From Auanema rhodensis (taxonomy: Eukaryota; Animalia; Nematoda): a stretch of 64,000 nucleotides of DNA. Both the position numbers and the translations under genes were made by a program. The notes beneath the pieces are model-generated. The model was not told the DNA's origin. It was given only the letters and a program-made list of their open reading frames with translations, and searched no databases. Of this stretch, positions 13,201 through 28,048 are shown piece after piece (position 1 is the first letter of the stretch; each line of letters begins with the position of its first letter). The DNA lies in contig OZ059900.1 in NCBI GenBank assembly GCA_964057225.1, forward strand, positions 18,290,001-18,354,000. Reading direction: 5' to 3'.

Positions 13201-16200
13201 CTAGAAAAATACAAAAACACAGTATTTCCCATGAGAAATATTTTATTATGCTGGAAAACCAGTTTTTGGAAATTTCGCTGTAAACAAGGTTTTGACTTAC
13301 GATTTCATGTGTTCAAACTCATGCAATGTCAATGAAACCTAGCTCAAAATTGTTCGTACAACGACTAGTTCCACTTTCACGACAAAAAAACAGGGGTTAG
13401 AAAATTAAGGAAATTAGCATATTCTGAGGGCACGCCCCTTATGGCTAATATTGATTAAATCGATTTTTGTTCATATGAGTCGTCAAATGCAACGAATTTC
13501 AGCGTGTTACATACTAAAATGAAGCATTTTACATGCTGAACACTAGAAAAATACAAAAACACAGTATTTCCCATGAGAAATATTTTATTATGCTGGAAAA
13601 CCAGTTTTTGAAAATTTCGCTGTAAACAAGGTTTTGACTTACGATTTCATGTGTTCAAACTCATGCAATGTCAATGAAACCTAGCTCAAAATTGTTCCTA
13701 CAACGTCTAGTTCCACTTTCACGACAAAAAAACAGGGGTTAGAAAATAAAGGAAATTAGCATATTCTGAGGGCACGCCCTTTATGGCTAATATTGATTAA
13801 ATCGATTTTTGTTCATATGAGTCGTCAAATGCAACGAATTTCAGCGTGTTACATACTAAAATGAAGCATTTTACATGCTGAACACTAGAAAAATACAAAA
13901 ACACAGTATTTCCCATGAGAAATATTTTATTATGCTGGAAAACCAGTTTTTGGAAATTTCGCTGTAAACAAGGTTTTGACTTACGATTTCATGTGTTCAA
14001 ACTCATGCAATGTCAATGAAACCTAGCTCAAAATTGTTCGTACAACGTCTAGTTCCACTTTCACGACAAAAAAACAGGGGTTAGAAAATTAAGGAAATTA
14101 GCATATTCTGAGGGCACGCCCCTTATGGCTAATATTGATTAAATCGATTTTTGTTCATATGAGTCGTCAAATGCAACGAATTTCAGCGTGTTACATACTA
14201 AAATGAAGCATTTTACATGCTGAACACTAGAAAAATACAAAAACACAGTATTTCCCATGAGAAATATTTTATTATGCTGGAAAACCAGTTTTTGGAAATT
14301 TCGCTGTAAACAAGGTTTTGACTTACGATTTCATGTGTTCAAACTCATGCAATGTCAATGAAACCTAGCTCAAAATTGTTCCTACAACGTCTAGTTCCAC
14401 TTTCACGACAAAAAAACAGGGGTTAGAAAATTAAGGAAATTAGCATATTCTGAGGGCACGCCCTTTATGGCTAATATTGATTAAATCGATTTTTGTTCAT
14501 ATGAGTCGTCAAATGCAACGAATTTCAGCGTGTTACATACTAAAATGAAGCATTTCACATGCTGAACACTAGAAAAATACAAAAACACAGTATTTCCCAT
14601 GAGAAATATTTTATTATGCTGGAAAACCAGTTTTTGGAAATTTCGCTGTAAACAAGGTTTTGACTTACGATTTCATGTGTTCAAACTCATGCAATGTCAA
14701 TGAAACCTAGCTCAAAATTGTTCGTACAACGTCTGGTTCCACTTTCACGACAAAAAAACAGGGGTTAGAAAATTAAGGAAATTAGCATATTCTGAGGGCA
14801 CGCCCCTTATGGCTAATATTGATTAAATCGATTTTTGTTCATATGAGTCGTCAAATGCAACGAATTTCAGCGTGTTACATACTAAAATGAAGCATTTTAC
14901 ATGCTGAACACTAGAAAAATACAAAAACACAGTATTTCCCATGAGAAATATTTTATTATGCTGGAAAACCAGTTTTTGGAAATTTCGCTGTAAACAAGGT
15001 TTTGACTTACGATTTCATGTGTTCAAACTCATGCAATGTCAATGAAACCTAGCTCAAAATTGTTCGTACAACGTCTAGTTCCACTTTCACGACAAAAAAA
15101 CAGGGGTTAGAAAATTAAGGAAATTAGCATATTCTGAGGGCACGCCCCTTATGGCTAATATTGATTAAATCGATTTTTGTTCATATGAGTCGTCAAATGC
15201 AACGAATTTCAGCGTGTTACATACTAAAATGAAGCATTTTACATGCTGAACACTAGAAAAATACAAAAACACAGTATTTCCCATGAGAAATATTTTATTA
15301 TGCTGGAAAACCAGTTTTTGGAAATTTCGCTGTAAACAAGGTTTTGACTTACGATTTCATGTGTTCAAACTCATGCAATGTCAATGAAACCCAGCTCAAA
15401 ATTGTTCGTACAACGTCTAGTTCCACTTTCACGACAAAAAAACAGGGGTTAGAAAATTAAGGAAATTAGCATATTCTGAGGGCACGCCCCTTATGGCTAA
15501 TATTGATTAAATCGATTTTTGTTCATATGAGTCGTCAAATGCAACGAATTTCAGCGTGTTACATACTAAAATGAAGCATTTTACATGCTGAACACTAGAA
15601 AAATACAAAAACACAGTATTTCCCATGAGAAATATTTTATTATGCTGGAAAACCAGTTTTTGGAAATTTCGCTGTAAACAAGGTTTTGACTTACGATTTC
15701 ATGTGTTCAAACTCATGCAATGTCAATGAAACCTAGCTCAAAATTGTTCGTACAACGTCTAGTTCCACTTTCACGACAAAAAAACAGGGGTTAGAAAATT
15801 AAGGAAATTAGCATATTCTGAGGGCACGCCCCTTATGGCTAATATTGATTAAATCGATTTTTGTTCATATGAGTCGTCAAATGCAACGAATTTCAGCGTG
15901 TTACATACTAAAATGAAGCATTTTACATGCTGAACACTAGAAAAATACAAAAACACAGTATTTCCCATGAGAAATATTTTATTATGCTGGAAAACCAGTT
16001 TTTTGAAATTTCGCTGTAAACAAGGTTTTGACTTACGATTTCATGTGTTCAAACTCATGCAATGTCAATGAAACCTAGCTCAAAATTGTTCCTACAACGT
16101 CTAGTTCCACTTTCACGACAAAAAAACAGGGGTTAGAAAATTAAGGAAATTAGCATATTCTGAGGGCACGCCCTTTATGGCTAATATTGATTAAATCGAT

Positions 16201-19200
16201 TTTTGTTCATATGAGTCGTCAAATGCAACGAATTTCAGCGTGTTACATACTAAAATGAAGCATTTCACATGCTGAACACTAGAAAAATACAAAAACACAG
16301 TATTTCCCATGAGAAATATTTTATTATGCTGGAAAACCAGTTTTTGGAAATTTCGCTGTAAACAAGGTTTTGACTTACGATTTCATGTGTTCAAACTCAT
16401 GCAATGTCAATGAAACCTAGCTCAAAATTGTTCGTACAACGTCTGGTTCCACTTTCACGACAAAAAAACAGGGGTTAGAAAATTAAGGAAATTAGCATAT
16501 TCTGAGGGCACGCCCCTTATGGCTAATATTGATTAAATCGATTTTTGTTCATATGAGTCGTCAAATGCAACGAATTTCAGCGTGTTACATACTAAAATGA
16601 AGCATTTTACATGCTGAACACTAGAAAAATACAAAAACACAGTATTTCCCATGAGAAATATTTTATTATGCTGGAAAACCAGTTTTTGGAAATTTCGCTG
16701 TAAACAAGGTTTTGACTTACGATTTCATGTGTTCAAACTCATGCAATGTCAATGAAACCTAGCTCAAAATTGTTCGTACAACGTCTAGTTCCACTTTCAC
16801 GACAAAAAAACAGGGGTTAGAAAATTAAGGAAATTAGCATATTCTGAGGGCACGCCCCCTTATGGCTAATATTGATTAAATCGATTTTTGTTCATATGAG
16901 TCGTCAAATGCAACGAATTTCAGCGTGTTACATACTAAAATGAAGCATTTTACATGCTGAACACTAGAAAAATACAAAAACACAGTATTTCCCATGAGAA
17001 ATATTTTATTATGCTGGAAAACCAGTTTTTGGAAATTTCGCTGTAAACAAGGTTTTGACTTACGATTTCATGTGTTTAAACTCATGCAATGTCAATGAAA
17101 CCTAGCTCAAAATTGTTAATACAATGTCTAGTTCCACTTTCACGACAAAAAAACAGGGGTTAGAAAATTAAGGAAATTAGCATATTCTGAGGGCACGCCC
17201 CTTATGGCTAATATTGATTAAATCGATTTTTGTTCATATGAGTCGTCAAATGCAACGAATTTCAGCGTGTTACATACTAAAATGAAGCATTTTACATGCT
17301 GAACACTAGAAAAATACAAAAACACAGTATTTCCCATGAGAAATATTTTATTATGCTGGAAAACCAGTTTTTGGAAATTTCGCTGTAAACAAGGTTTTGA
17401 CTTACGATTTCATGTGTTCAAACTCATGCAATGTCAATGAAACCCAGCTCAAAATTGTTCGTACAACGTCTAGTTCCACTTTCACGACAAAAAAACAGGG
17501 GTTAGAAAATTAAGGAAATTAGCATATTCTGAGGGCACGCCCCTTATGGCTAATATTGATTAAATCGATTTTTGTTCATATGAGTCGTCAAACGCAACGA
17601 ATTTCAGCGTGTTACATACTAAAATGAAGCATTTTACATGCTGAACACTAGAAAAATACAAAAACACAGTATTTCCCATGAGAAATATTTTATTATGCTG
17701 GAAAACCAGTTTTTGGAAATTTCGCTGTAAACAAGGTTTTGACTTACGATTTCATGTGTTCAAACTCATGCAATGTCAATGAAACCTAGCTCAAAATTGT
17801 TCGTACAACGTCTAGTTCCACTTTCACGACAAAAAAACAGGGGTTAGAAAATTAAGGAAATTAGCATATTCTGAGGGCACGCCCCTTATGGCTAATATTG
17901 ATTAAATCGATTTTTGTTCATATGAGTCGTCAAATGCAACGAATTTCAGCGTGTTACATACTAAAATGAAGCATTTTACATGCTGAACACTAGAAAAATA
18001 CAAAAACACAGTATTTCCCATGAGAAATATTTTATTATGCTGGAAAACCAGTTTTTGAAAATATCGCTGTAAACAAGGTTTTGACTTACGATTTCATGTG
18101 TTCAAACTCATGCAATGTCAATGAAACCTAGCTCAAAATTGTTCCTACAACGTCTAGTTCCACTTTCACGACAAAAAAACAGGGGTTAGAAAATTAAGGA
18201 AATTAGCATATTCTGAGGGCACGCCCCTTATGGCTAATATTGATTAAATCGATTTTTGTTCATATGAGTCGTCAAATGCAACGAATTTCAGCGTGTTACA
18301 TACTAAAATGAAGCATTTTACATGCTGAACACTAGAAAAATACAAAAACACAGTATTTCCCATGAGAAATATTTTATTATGCTGGAAAACCAGTTTTTGG
18401 AAATTTCGCTGTAAACAAGGTTTTGACTTACGATTTCATGTGTTCAAACTCATGCAATGTCAATGAAACCTAGCTCAAAATTGTTCCTACAACGTCTAGT
18501 TCCACTTTCACGACAAAAAAACAGGGGTTAGAAAATTAAGGAAATTAGCATATTCTGAGGGCACGCCCTTTATGGCTAATATTGATTAAATCGATTTTTG
18601 TTCATATGAGTCGTCAAATGCAACGAATTTCAGCGTGTTACATACTAAAATGAAGCATTTCACATGCTGAACACTAGAAAAATACAAAAACACAGTATTT
18701 CCCATGAGAAATATTTTATTATGCTGGAAAACCAGTTTTTGGAAATTTCGCTGTAAACAAGGTTTTGACTTACGATTTCATGTGTTCAAACTCATGCAAT
18801 GTCAATGAAACCTAGCTCAAAATTGTTCGTACAACGTCTAGTTCCACTTTCACGACAAAAAAACAGGGGTTAGAAAATTAAGGAAATTAGCATATTCTGA
18901 GGGCACGCCCCTTATGGCTAATATTGATTAAATCGATTTTTGTTCATATGAGTCGTCAAATGCAACGAATTTCAGCGTGTTACATACTAAAATGAAGCAT
19001 TTTACATGCTGAACACTAGAAAAATACAAAAACACAGTATTTCCCATGAGAAATATTTTATTATGCTGGAAAACCAGTTTTTGAAAATATCGCTGTAAAC
19101 AAGGTTTTGACTTACGATTTCATGTGTTCAAACTCATGCAATGTCAATGAAACCTAGCTCAAAATTGTTCCTACAACGTCTAGTTCCACTTTCACGACAA

Positions 19201-20866
19201 AAAAACAGGGGTTAGAAAATTAAGGAAATTAGCATATTCTGAGGGCACGCCCCTTATGGCTAATATTGATTAAATCGATTTTTGTTCATATGAGTCGTCA
19301 AATGCAACGAATTTCAGCGTGTTACATACTAAAATGAAGCATTTTACATGCTGAACACTAGAAAAATACAAAAACACAGTATTTCCCATGAGAAATATTT
19401 TATTATGCTGGAAAACCAGTTTTTGGAAATTTCGCTGTAAACAAGGTTTTGACTTACGATTTCATGTGTTCAAACTCATGCAATGTCAATGAAACCTAGC
19501 TCAAAATTGTTCCTACAACGTCTAGTTCCACTTTCACGACAAAAAAACAGGGGTTAGAAAATTAAGGAAATTAGCATATTCTGAGGGCACGCCCTTTATG
19601 GCTAATATTGATTAAATCGATTTTTGTTCATATGAGTCGTCAAATGCAACGAATTTCAGCGTGTTACATACTAAAATGAAGCATTTCACATGCTGAACAC
19701 TAGAAAAATACAAAAACACAGTATTTCCCATGAGAAATATTTTATTATGCTGGAAAACCAGTTTTTGGAAATTTCGCTGTAAACAAGGTTTTGACTTACG
19801 ATTTCATGTGTTCAAACTCATGCAATGTCAATGAAACCTAGCTCAAAATTGTTCGTACAACGTCTAGTTCCACTTTCACGACAAAAAAACAGGGGTTAGA
19901 AAATTAAGGAAATTAGCATATTCTGAGGGCACGCCCCTTATGGCTAATATTGATTAAATCGATTTTTGTTCATATGAGTCGTCAAATGCAACAAATTTCA
20001 GCGTGTTACATACTAAAATGAAGCATTTTACATGCTGAACACTAGAAAAATACAAAAACACAGTAATACCCATGAGAAATATTTTATTATGCTGGAAAAC
20101 CAGTTTTTGGAAATTTCGCTGTAAACAAGGTTTTGACTTACGATTTCATGTGTTCAAACTCATGCAATGTCAATGAAACCTAGCTCAAAATTGTTCGTAC
20201 AACGTCTAGTTCCACTTTCACGACAAAAAAACAGGGGTTAGAAAATTAAGGAAATTAGCATATTCTGAGGGCACGCCCCTTATGGCTAATATTGATTAAA
20301 TCGATTTTTGTTCATATGAGTCGTCAAATGCAACGAATTTCAGCGTGTTACATACTAAAATGAAGCATTTTACATGCTGAACACTAGAAAAATACAAAAA
20401 CACAGTAATACCCATGAGAAATATTTTATTATGCTGGAAAACCAGTTTTTGGAAATTTCGCTGTAAACAAGGTTTTGACTTACGATTTCATGTGTTCAAA
20501 CTCATGCAATGTCAATGAAACCTAGCTCAAAATTGTTAATACAATGTCTAGTTCCACTTTCACGACAAAAAAACAGGGGTTAGAAAATTAAGGAAATTAG
20601 CATATTCTGAGGGCACGCCCTTTATGGCTAATATTGATTAAATCGATTTTTGTTCATATGAGTCGTCAAATGCAACGAATTTCAGCGTGTTACATACTAA
20701 AATGAAGCATTTTACATGCTGAACACTAGAAAAATACAAAAACACAGTATTTCCCATGAGAAATATTTTATTATGCTGGAAAACCAGTTTTTGGAAATTT
20801 CGCTGTAAACAAGGTTTTGACTTACGATTTCATGTGTTCAAACTCATGCAATGTCAATGAAACCCA

Positions 20867-22918
20867 GCTCAAAATTGTTCGTACAACGTCTAGTTCCACT
20901 TTCACAACAAAAAAACAGGGGTTAGAAAATTAAGGAAATTAGCATATTCTGAGGGCACGCCCCTTATGGCTAATATTGATTAAATCGATTTTTGTTCATA
21001 TGAGTCGTCAAATGCAACGAATTTCAGCGTGTTACATACTAAAATGAAGCATTTTACATGCTGAACACTAGAAAAATACAAAAACACAGTATTTCCCATG
21101 AGAAATATTTTATTATGCTGGAAAACCAGTTTTTGGAAATTTTGCTGTAAACAAGGTTTTGACTTACGATTTCATGTGTTCAAACTCATGCAATGTCAAT
21201 GAAACCTAGCTCAAAATTGTTCGTACAACGTCTAGTTCCACTTTCACGACAAAAAAACAGGGGTTAGAAAATTAAGGAAATTAGCATATTCTGAGGGCAC
21301 GCCCCTTATGGCTAATATTGATTAAATCGATTTTTGTTCATATGAGTCGTCAAATGCAACGAATTTCAGCGTGTTACATACTAAAATGAAGCATTTTACA
21401 TGCTGAACACTAGAAAAATACAAAAACACAGTATTTCCCATGAGAAATATTTTATTATGCTGGAAAACCAGTTTTTGAAAATTTCGCTGTAAACAAGGTT
21501 TTGACTTACGATTTCATGTGTTCAAACTCATGCAATGTCAATGAAACCTAGCTCAAAATTGTTCCTACAACGTCTAGTTCCACTTTCACGACAAAAAAAC
21601 AGGGGTTAGAAAATTAAGGAAATTAGCATATTCTGAGGGCACGCCCTTTATGGCTAATATTGATTAAATCGATTTTTGTTCATATGAGTCGTCAAATGCA
21701 ACGAATTTCAGCGTGTTACATACTAAAATGAAGCATTTTACATGCTGAACACTAGAAAAATACAAAAACACAGTATTTCCCATGAGAAATATTTTATTAT
21801 GCTGGAAAACCAGTTTTTGGAAATTTCGCTGTAAACAAGGTTTTGACTTACGATTTCATGTGTTCAAACTCATGCAATGTCAATGAAACCTAGCTCAAAA
21901 TTGTTCGTACAACGTCTAGTTCCACTTTCACGACAAAAAAACAGGGGTTAGAAAATTAAGGAAATTAGCATATTCTGAGGGCACGCCCCTTATGGCTAAT
22001 ATTGATTAAATCGATTTTTGTTCATATGAGTCGTCAAATGCAACGAATTTCAGCGTGTTACATACTAAAATGAAGCATTTTACATGCTGAACACTAGAAA
22101 AATACAAAAACACAGTATTTCCCATGAGAAATATTTTATTATGCTGGAAAACCAGTTTTTGGAAATTTTGCTGTAAACAAGGTTTTGACTTACGATTTCA
22201 TGTGTTCAAACTCATGCAATGTCAATGAAACCTAGCTCAAAATTGTTCGTACAACGTCTAGTTCCACTTTCACGACAAAAAAACAGGGGTTAGAAAATTA
22301 AGGAAATTAGCATATTCTGAGGGCACGCCCCTTATGGCTAATATTGATTAAATCGATTTTTGTTCATATGAGTCGTCAAATGCAACGAATTTCAGCGTGT
22401 TACATACTAAAATGAAGCATTTTACATGCTGAACACTAGAAAAATACAAAAACACAGTATTTCCCATGAGAAATATTTTATTATGCTGGAAAACCAGTTT
22501 TTGAAAATTTCGCTGTAAACAAGGTTTTGACTTACGATTTCATGTGTTCAAACTCATGCAATGTCAATGAAACCTAGCTCAAAATTGTTCCTACAACGTC
22601 TAGTTCCACTTTCACGACAAAAAAACAGGGGTTAGAAAATTAAGGAAATTAGCATATTCTGAGGGCACGCCCTTTATGGCTAATATTGATTAAATCGATT
22701 TTTGTTCATATGAGTCGTCAAATGCAACGAATTTCAGCGTGTTACATACTAAAATGAAGCATTTTACATGCTGAACACTAGAAAAATACAAAAACACAGT
22801 ATTTCCCATGAGAAATATTTTATTATGCTGGAAAACCAGTTTTTGGAAATTTCGCTGTAAACAAGGTTTTGACTTACGATTTCATGTGTTCAAACTCATG
22901 CAATGTCAATGAAACCTA
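20867..22918. repeat. 3-monomer higher-order repeat x2 (M62-64, M65-67)
   Basis: The pattern [C277T, TTTTGCTG] [G270A] [G15C+C97T] occurs twice. C277T was seen only in these two monomers. Confidence 0.85.
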
Positions 22919-25900
22919 GCTCAAAATTGTTCGTACAACGTCTAGTTCCACTTTCACGACAAAAAAACAGGGGTTAGAAAATTAAGGAAATTAGCATATT
23001 CTGAGGGCACGCCCCTTATGGCTAATATTGATTAAATCGATTTTTGTTCATATGAGTCGTCAAATGCAACGAATTTCAGCGTGTTACGTACTAAAATGAA
23101 GCATTCTACATGCTGAACACTAGAAAAATACAAAAACACAGTATTTCCCATGAGAAATATTTTATTATGCTGGAAAACCAGTTTTTGGAAATTTCGCTGT
23201 AAACAAGGTTTTGACTTACGATTTCATGTGTTCAAACTCATGCAATGTCAATGAAACCTAGCTCAAAATTGTTCCTACAACGTCTAGTTCCACTTTCACG
23301 ACAAAAAAACAGGGGTTAGAAAATTAAGGAAATTAGCATATTCTGAGGGCACGCCCTTTATGGCTAATATTGATTAAATCGATTTTTGTTCATATGAGTC
23401 GTCAAATGCAACGAATTTCAGCGTGTTACATACTAAAATGAAGCATTTTACATGCTGAACACTAGAAAAATACAAAAACACAGTATTTCCCATGAGAAAT
23501 ATTTTATTATGCTGGAAAACCAGTTTTTGGAAATTTCGCTGTAAACAAGGTTTTGACTTACGATTTCATGTGTTCAAACTCATGCAATGTCAATGAAACC
23601 TAGCTCAAAATTGTTCGTACAACGTCTAGTTCCACTTTCACGACAAAAAAACAGGGGTTAGAAAATTAAGGAAATTAGCATATTCTGAGGGCACGCCCCT
23701 TATGGCTAATATTGATTAAATCGATTTTTGTTCATATGAGTCGTCAAATGCAACGAATTTCAGCGTGTTACATACTAAAATGAAGCATTTTACATGCTGA
23801 ACACTAGAAAAATACAAAAACACAGTATTTCCCATGAGAAATATTTTATTATGCTGGAAAACCAGTTTTTGGAAATTTCGCTGTAAACAAGGTTTTGACT
23901 TACGATTTCATGTGTTCAAACTCATGCAATGTCAATGAAACCTAGCTCAAAATTGTTCGTACAACGACTAGTTCCACTTTCACGACAAAAAAACAGGGGT
24001 TAGAAAATTAAGGAAATTAGCATATTCTGAGGGCACGCCCCTTATGGCTAATATTGATTAAATCGATTTTTGTTCATATGAGTCGTCAAATGCAACGAAT
24101 TTCAGCGTGTTACATACTAAAATGAAGCATTTTACATGCTGAACACTAGAAAAATACAAAAACACAGTAATACCCATGAGAAATATTTTATTATGCTGGA
24201 AAACCAGTTTTTGGAAATTTCGCTGTAAACAAGGTTTTGACTTACGATTTCATGTGTTCAAACTCATGCAATGTCAATGAAACCTAGCTCAAAATTGTTC
24301 CTACAACGTCTAGTTTCACTTTCACGACAAAAAAACAGGGGTTAGAAAATTAAGGAAATTAGCATATTCTGAGGGCACGACCTTTATGGCTAATATTGAT
24401 TAAATCGATTTTTGTTCATATGAGTCGTCAAATGCAACGAATTTCAGCGTGTTACATACTAAAATGAAGCATTTTACATGCTGAACACTAGAAAAATACA
24501 AAAACACAGTATTTCCCATGAGAAATATTTTATTATGCTGGAAAACCAGTTTTTGGAAATTTCGCTGTAAACAAGGTTTTGACTTACGATTTCATGTGTT
24601 CAAACTCATGCAATGTCAATGAAACCTAGCTCAAAATTGTTCGTACAACGTCTAGTTCCACTTTCACGACAAAAAAACAGGGGTTAGAAAATTAAGGAAA
24701 TTAGCATATTCTGAGGGCACGCCCCTTATGGCTAATATTGATTAAATCGATTTTTGTTCATATGAGTCGTCAAATGCAACGAATTTCAGCGTGTTACATA
24801 CTAAAATGAAGCATTTTACATGCTGAACACTAGAAAAATACAAAAACACAGTATTTCCCATGAGAAATATTTTATTATGCTGGAAAACCAGTTTTTGGAA
24901 ATTTCGCTGTAAACAAGGTTTTGACTTACGATTTCATGTGTTCAAACTCATGCAATGTCAATGAAACCTAGCTCAAAATTGTTCGTACAACGACTAGTTC
25001 CACTTTCACGACAAAAAAACAGGGGTTAGAAAATTAAGGAAATTAGCATATTCTGAGGGCACGCCCCTTATGGCTAATATTGATTAAATCGATTTTTGTT
25101 CATATGAGTCGTCAAATGCAACGAATTTCAGCGTGTTACATACTAAAATGAAGCATTTTACATGCTGAACACTAGAAAAATACAAAAACACAGTAATACC
25201 CATGAGAAATTTTTTATTATGCTGGAAAACCAGTTTTTGGAAATTTCGCTGTAAACAAGGTTTTGACTTACGATTTCATGTGTTCAAACTCATGCAATGT
25301 CAATGAAACCTAGCTCAAAATTGTTAATACAATGTCTAGTTCCACTTTCACGACAAAAAAACAGGGGTTAGAAAATTAAGGAAATTAGCATATTCTGAGG
25401 GCACGCCCCTTATGGCTAATATTGATTAAATCGATTTTTGTTCATATGAGTCGTCAAATGCAACGAATTTCAGCGTGTTACATACTAAAATGAAGCATTT
25501 TACATGCTGAACACTAGAAAAATACAAAAACACAGTATTTCCCAAGAGAAATATTTTATTATGCTGGAAAACCAGTTTTTGGAAATTTCGCTGTAAACAA
25601 GGTTTTGACTTACGATTTCATGTGTTCAAACTCATGCAATGTCAATGAAACCCAGCTCAAAATTGTTCGTACAACGTCTAGTTCCACTTTCACGACAAAA
25701 AAACAGGGGTTAGAAAATTAAGGAAATTAGCATATTCTGAGGGCACGCCCCTTATGGCTAATATTGATTAAATCGATTTTTGTTCATATGAGTCGTCAAA
25801 TGCAACGAATTTCAGCGTGTTACATACTAAAATGAAGCATTTTACATGCTGAACACTAGAAAAATACAAAAACACAGTATTTCCCATGAGAAATATTTTA

Positions 25901-28048
25901 TTATGCTGGAAAACCAGTTTTTGGAAATTTCGCTGTAAACAAGGTTTTGACTTACGATTTCATGTGTTCAAACTCATGCAATGTCAATGAAACCTAGCTC
26001 AAAATTGTTCGTACAACGTCTAGTTCCACTTTCACGACAAAAAAACAGGGGTTAGAAAATTAAGGAAATTAGCATATTCTGAGGGCACGCCCCTTATGGC
26101 TAATATTGATTAAATCGATTTTTGTTCATATGAGTCGTCAAATACAACGAATTTCAGCGTGTTACGTACTAAAATGAAGCATTTTACATGCTGAACACTA
26201 GAAAAATACAAAAACACAGTATTTCCCATGAGAAATATTTTATTATGCTGGAAAACCAGTTTTTGGAAATTTCGCTGTAAACAAGGTTTTGACTTACGAT
26301 TTCATGTGTTCAAACTCATGCAATGTCAATGAAACCTAGCTCAAAATTGTTCCTACAACGTCTAGTTCCACTTTCACGACAAAAAAACAGGGGTTAGAAA
26401 ATTAAGGAAATTAGCATATTCTGAGGGCACGCCCTTTATGGCTAATATTGATTAAATCGATTTTTGTTCATATGAGTCGTCAAATGCAACGAATTTCAGC
26501 GTGTTACATACTAAAATGAAGCATTTTACATGCTGAACACTAGAAAAATACAAAAACACAGTATTTCCCATGAGAAATATTTTATTATGCTGGAAAACCA
26601 GTTTTTGGAAATTTCGCTGTAAACAAGGTTTTGACTTACGATTTCATGTGTTCAAACTCATGCAATGTCAATGAAACCTAGCTCAAAATTGTTCGTACAA
26701 CGTCTAGTTCCACTTTCACGACAAAAAAACAGGGGTTAGAAAATTAAGGAAATTAGCATATTCTGAGGGCACGCCCCTTATGGCTAATATTGATTAAATC
26801 GATTTTTGTTCATATGAGTCGTCAAATGCAACGAATTTCAGCGTGTTACATACTAAAATGAAGCATTTTACATGCTGAACACTAGAAAAATACAAAAACA
26901 CAGTATTTCCCATGAGAATAATTTTATTATGCTGGAAAACCAGTTTTTGGAAATTTCGCTGTAAACAAGGTTTTGACTTACGATTTCATGTGTTCAAACT
27001 CATGCAATGTCAATGAAACCTAGCTCAAAATTGTTCGTACAACGTCTAGTTCCACTTTCACGACAAAAAAACAGGGGTTAGAAAATTAAGGAAATTAGCA
27101 TATTCTGAGGGCACGCCCCTTATGGCTAATATTGATTAAATCGATTTTTGTTCATATGAGTCGTCAAATGCAACGAATTTCAGCGTGTTACATACTAAAA
27201 TGAAGCATTTTACATGCTGAACACTAGAAAAATACAAAAACACAGTATTTCCCATGAGAAATATTTTATTATGCTGGAAAACCAGTTTTTGGAAATTTCG
27301 CTGTAAACAAGGTTTTGACTTACGATTTCATGTGTTCAAACTCATGCAATGTCAATGAAACCTAGCTCAAAATTGTTCGTACAACGACTAGTTCCACTTT
27401 CACGACAAAAAAACAGGGGTTAGAAAATTAAGGAAATTAGCATATTCTGAGGGCACGCCCCTTATGGCTAATATTGATTAAATCGATTTTTGTTCATATG
27501 AGTCGTCAAATGCAACGAATTTCAGCGTGTTACATACTAAAATGAAGCATTTTACATGCTGAACACTAGAAAAATACAAAAACACAGTATTTCCCATGAG
27601 AAATATTTTATTATGCTGGAAAACCAGTTTTTGGAAATTTCGCTGTAAACAAGGTTTTGACTTACGATTTCATGTGTTCAAACTCATGCAATGTCAATGA
27701 AACCTAGCTCAAAATTGTTCGTACAACATCTAGTTCCACTTTCACGACAAAAAAACAGGGGTTAGAAAATTAAGGAAATTAGCATATTCTGAGGGCACGC
27801 CCCTTATGGCTAATATTGATTAAATCGATTTTTGTTCATATGAGTCGTCAAATGCAACGAATTTCAGCGTGTTACATACTAAAATGAAGCATTTTACATG
27901 CTGAACACTAGAAAAATACAAAAACACAGTATTTCCCATGAGAAATATTTTATTATGCTGGAAAACCAGTTTTTGGAAATTTCGCTGTAAACAAGGTTTT
28001 GACTTACGATTTCATGTGTTCAAACTCATGCAATGTCAATGAAACCTA

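Larger units (their letters stand above)
1..20182. repeat. Diverged large block duplication: M1-M31 (1-10604) vs M35-M59 (11632-20182)
   Basis: Both blocks show the same order of rare alleles: A170G; G15C+C97T; GAATAATT; C37T; T23A; AAATAAAGG (3481-3489 / 13744-13752); A26G; +C with C315T; GTTAATACAATG with T341C; GAAAATATCG trimers; CAACAAATT with GTAATAC (M31 / M59). Confidence 0.8.
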
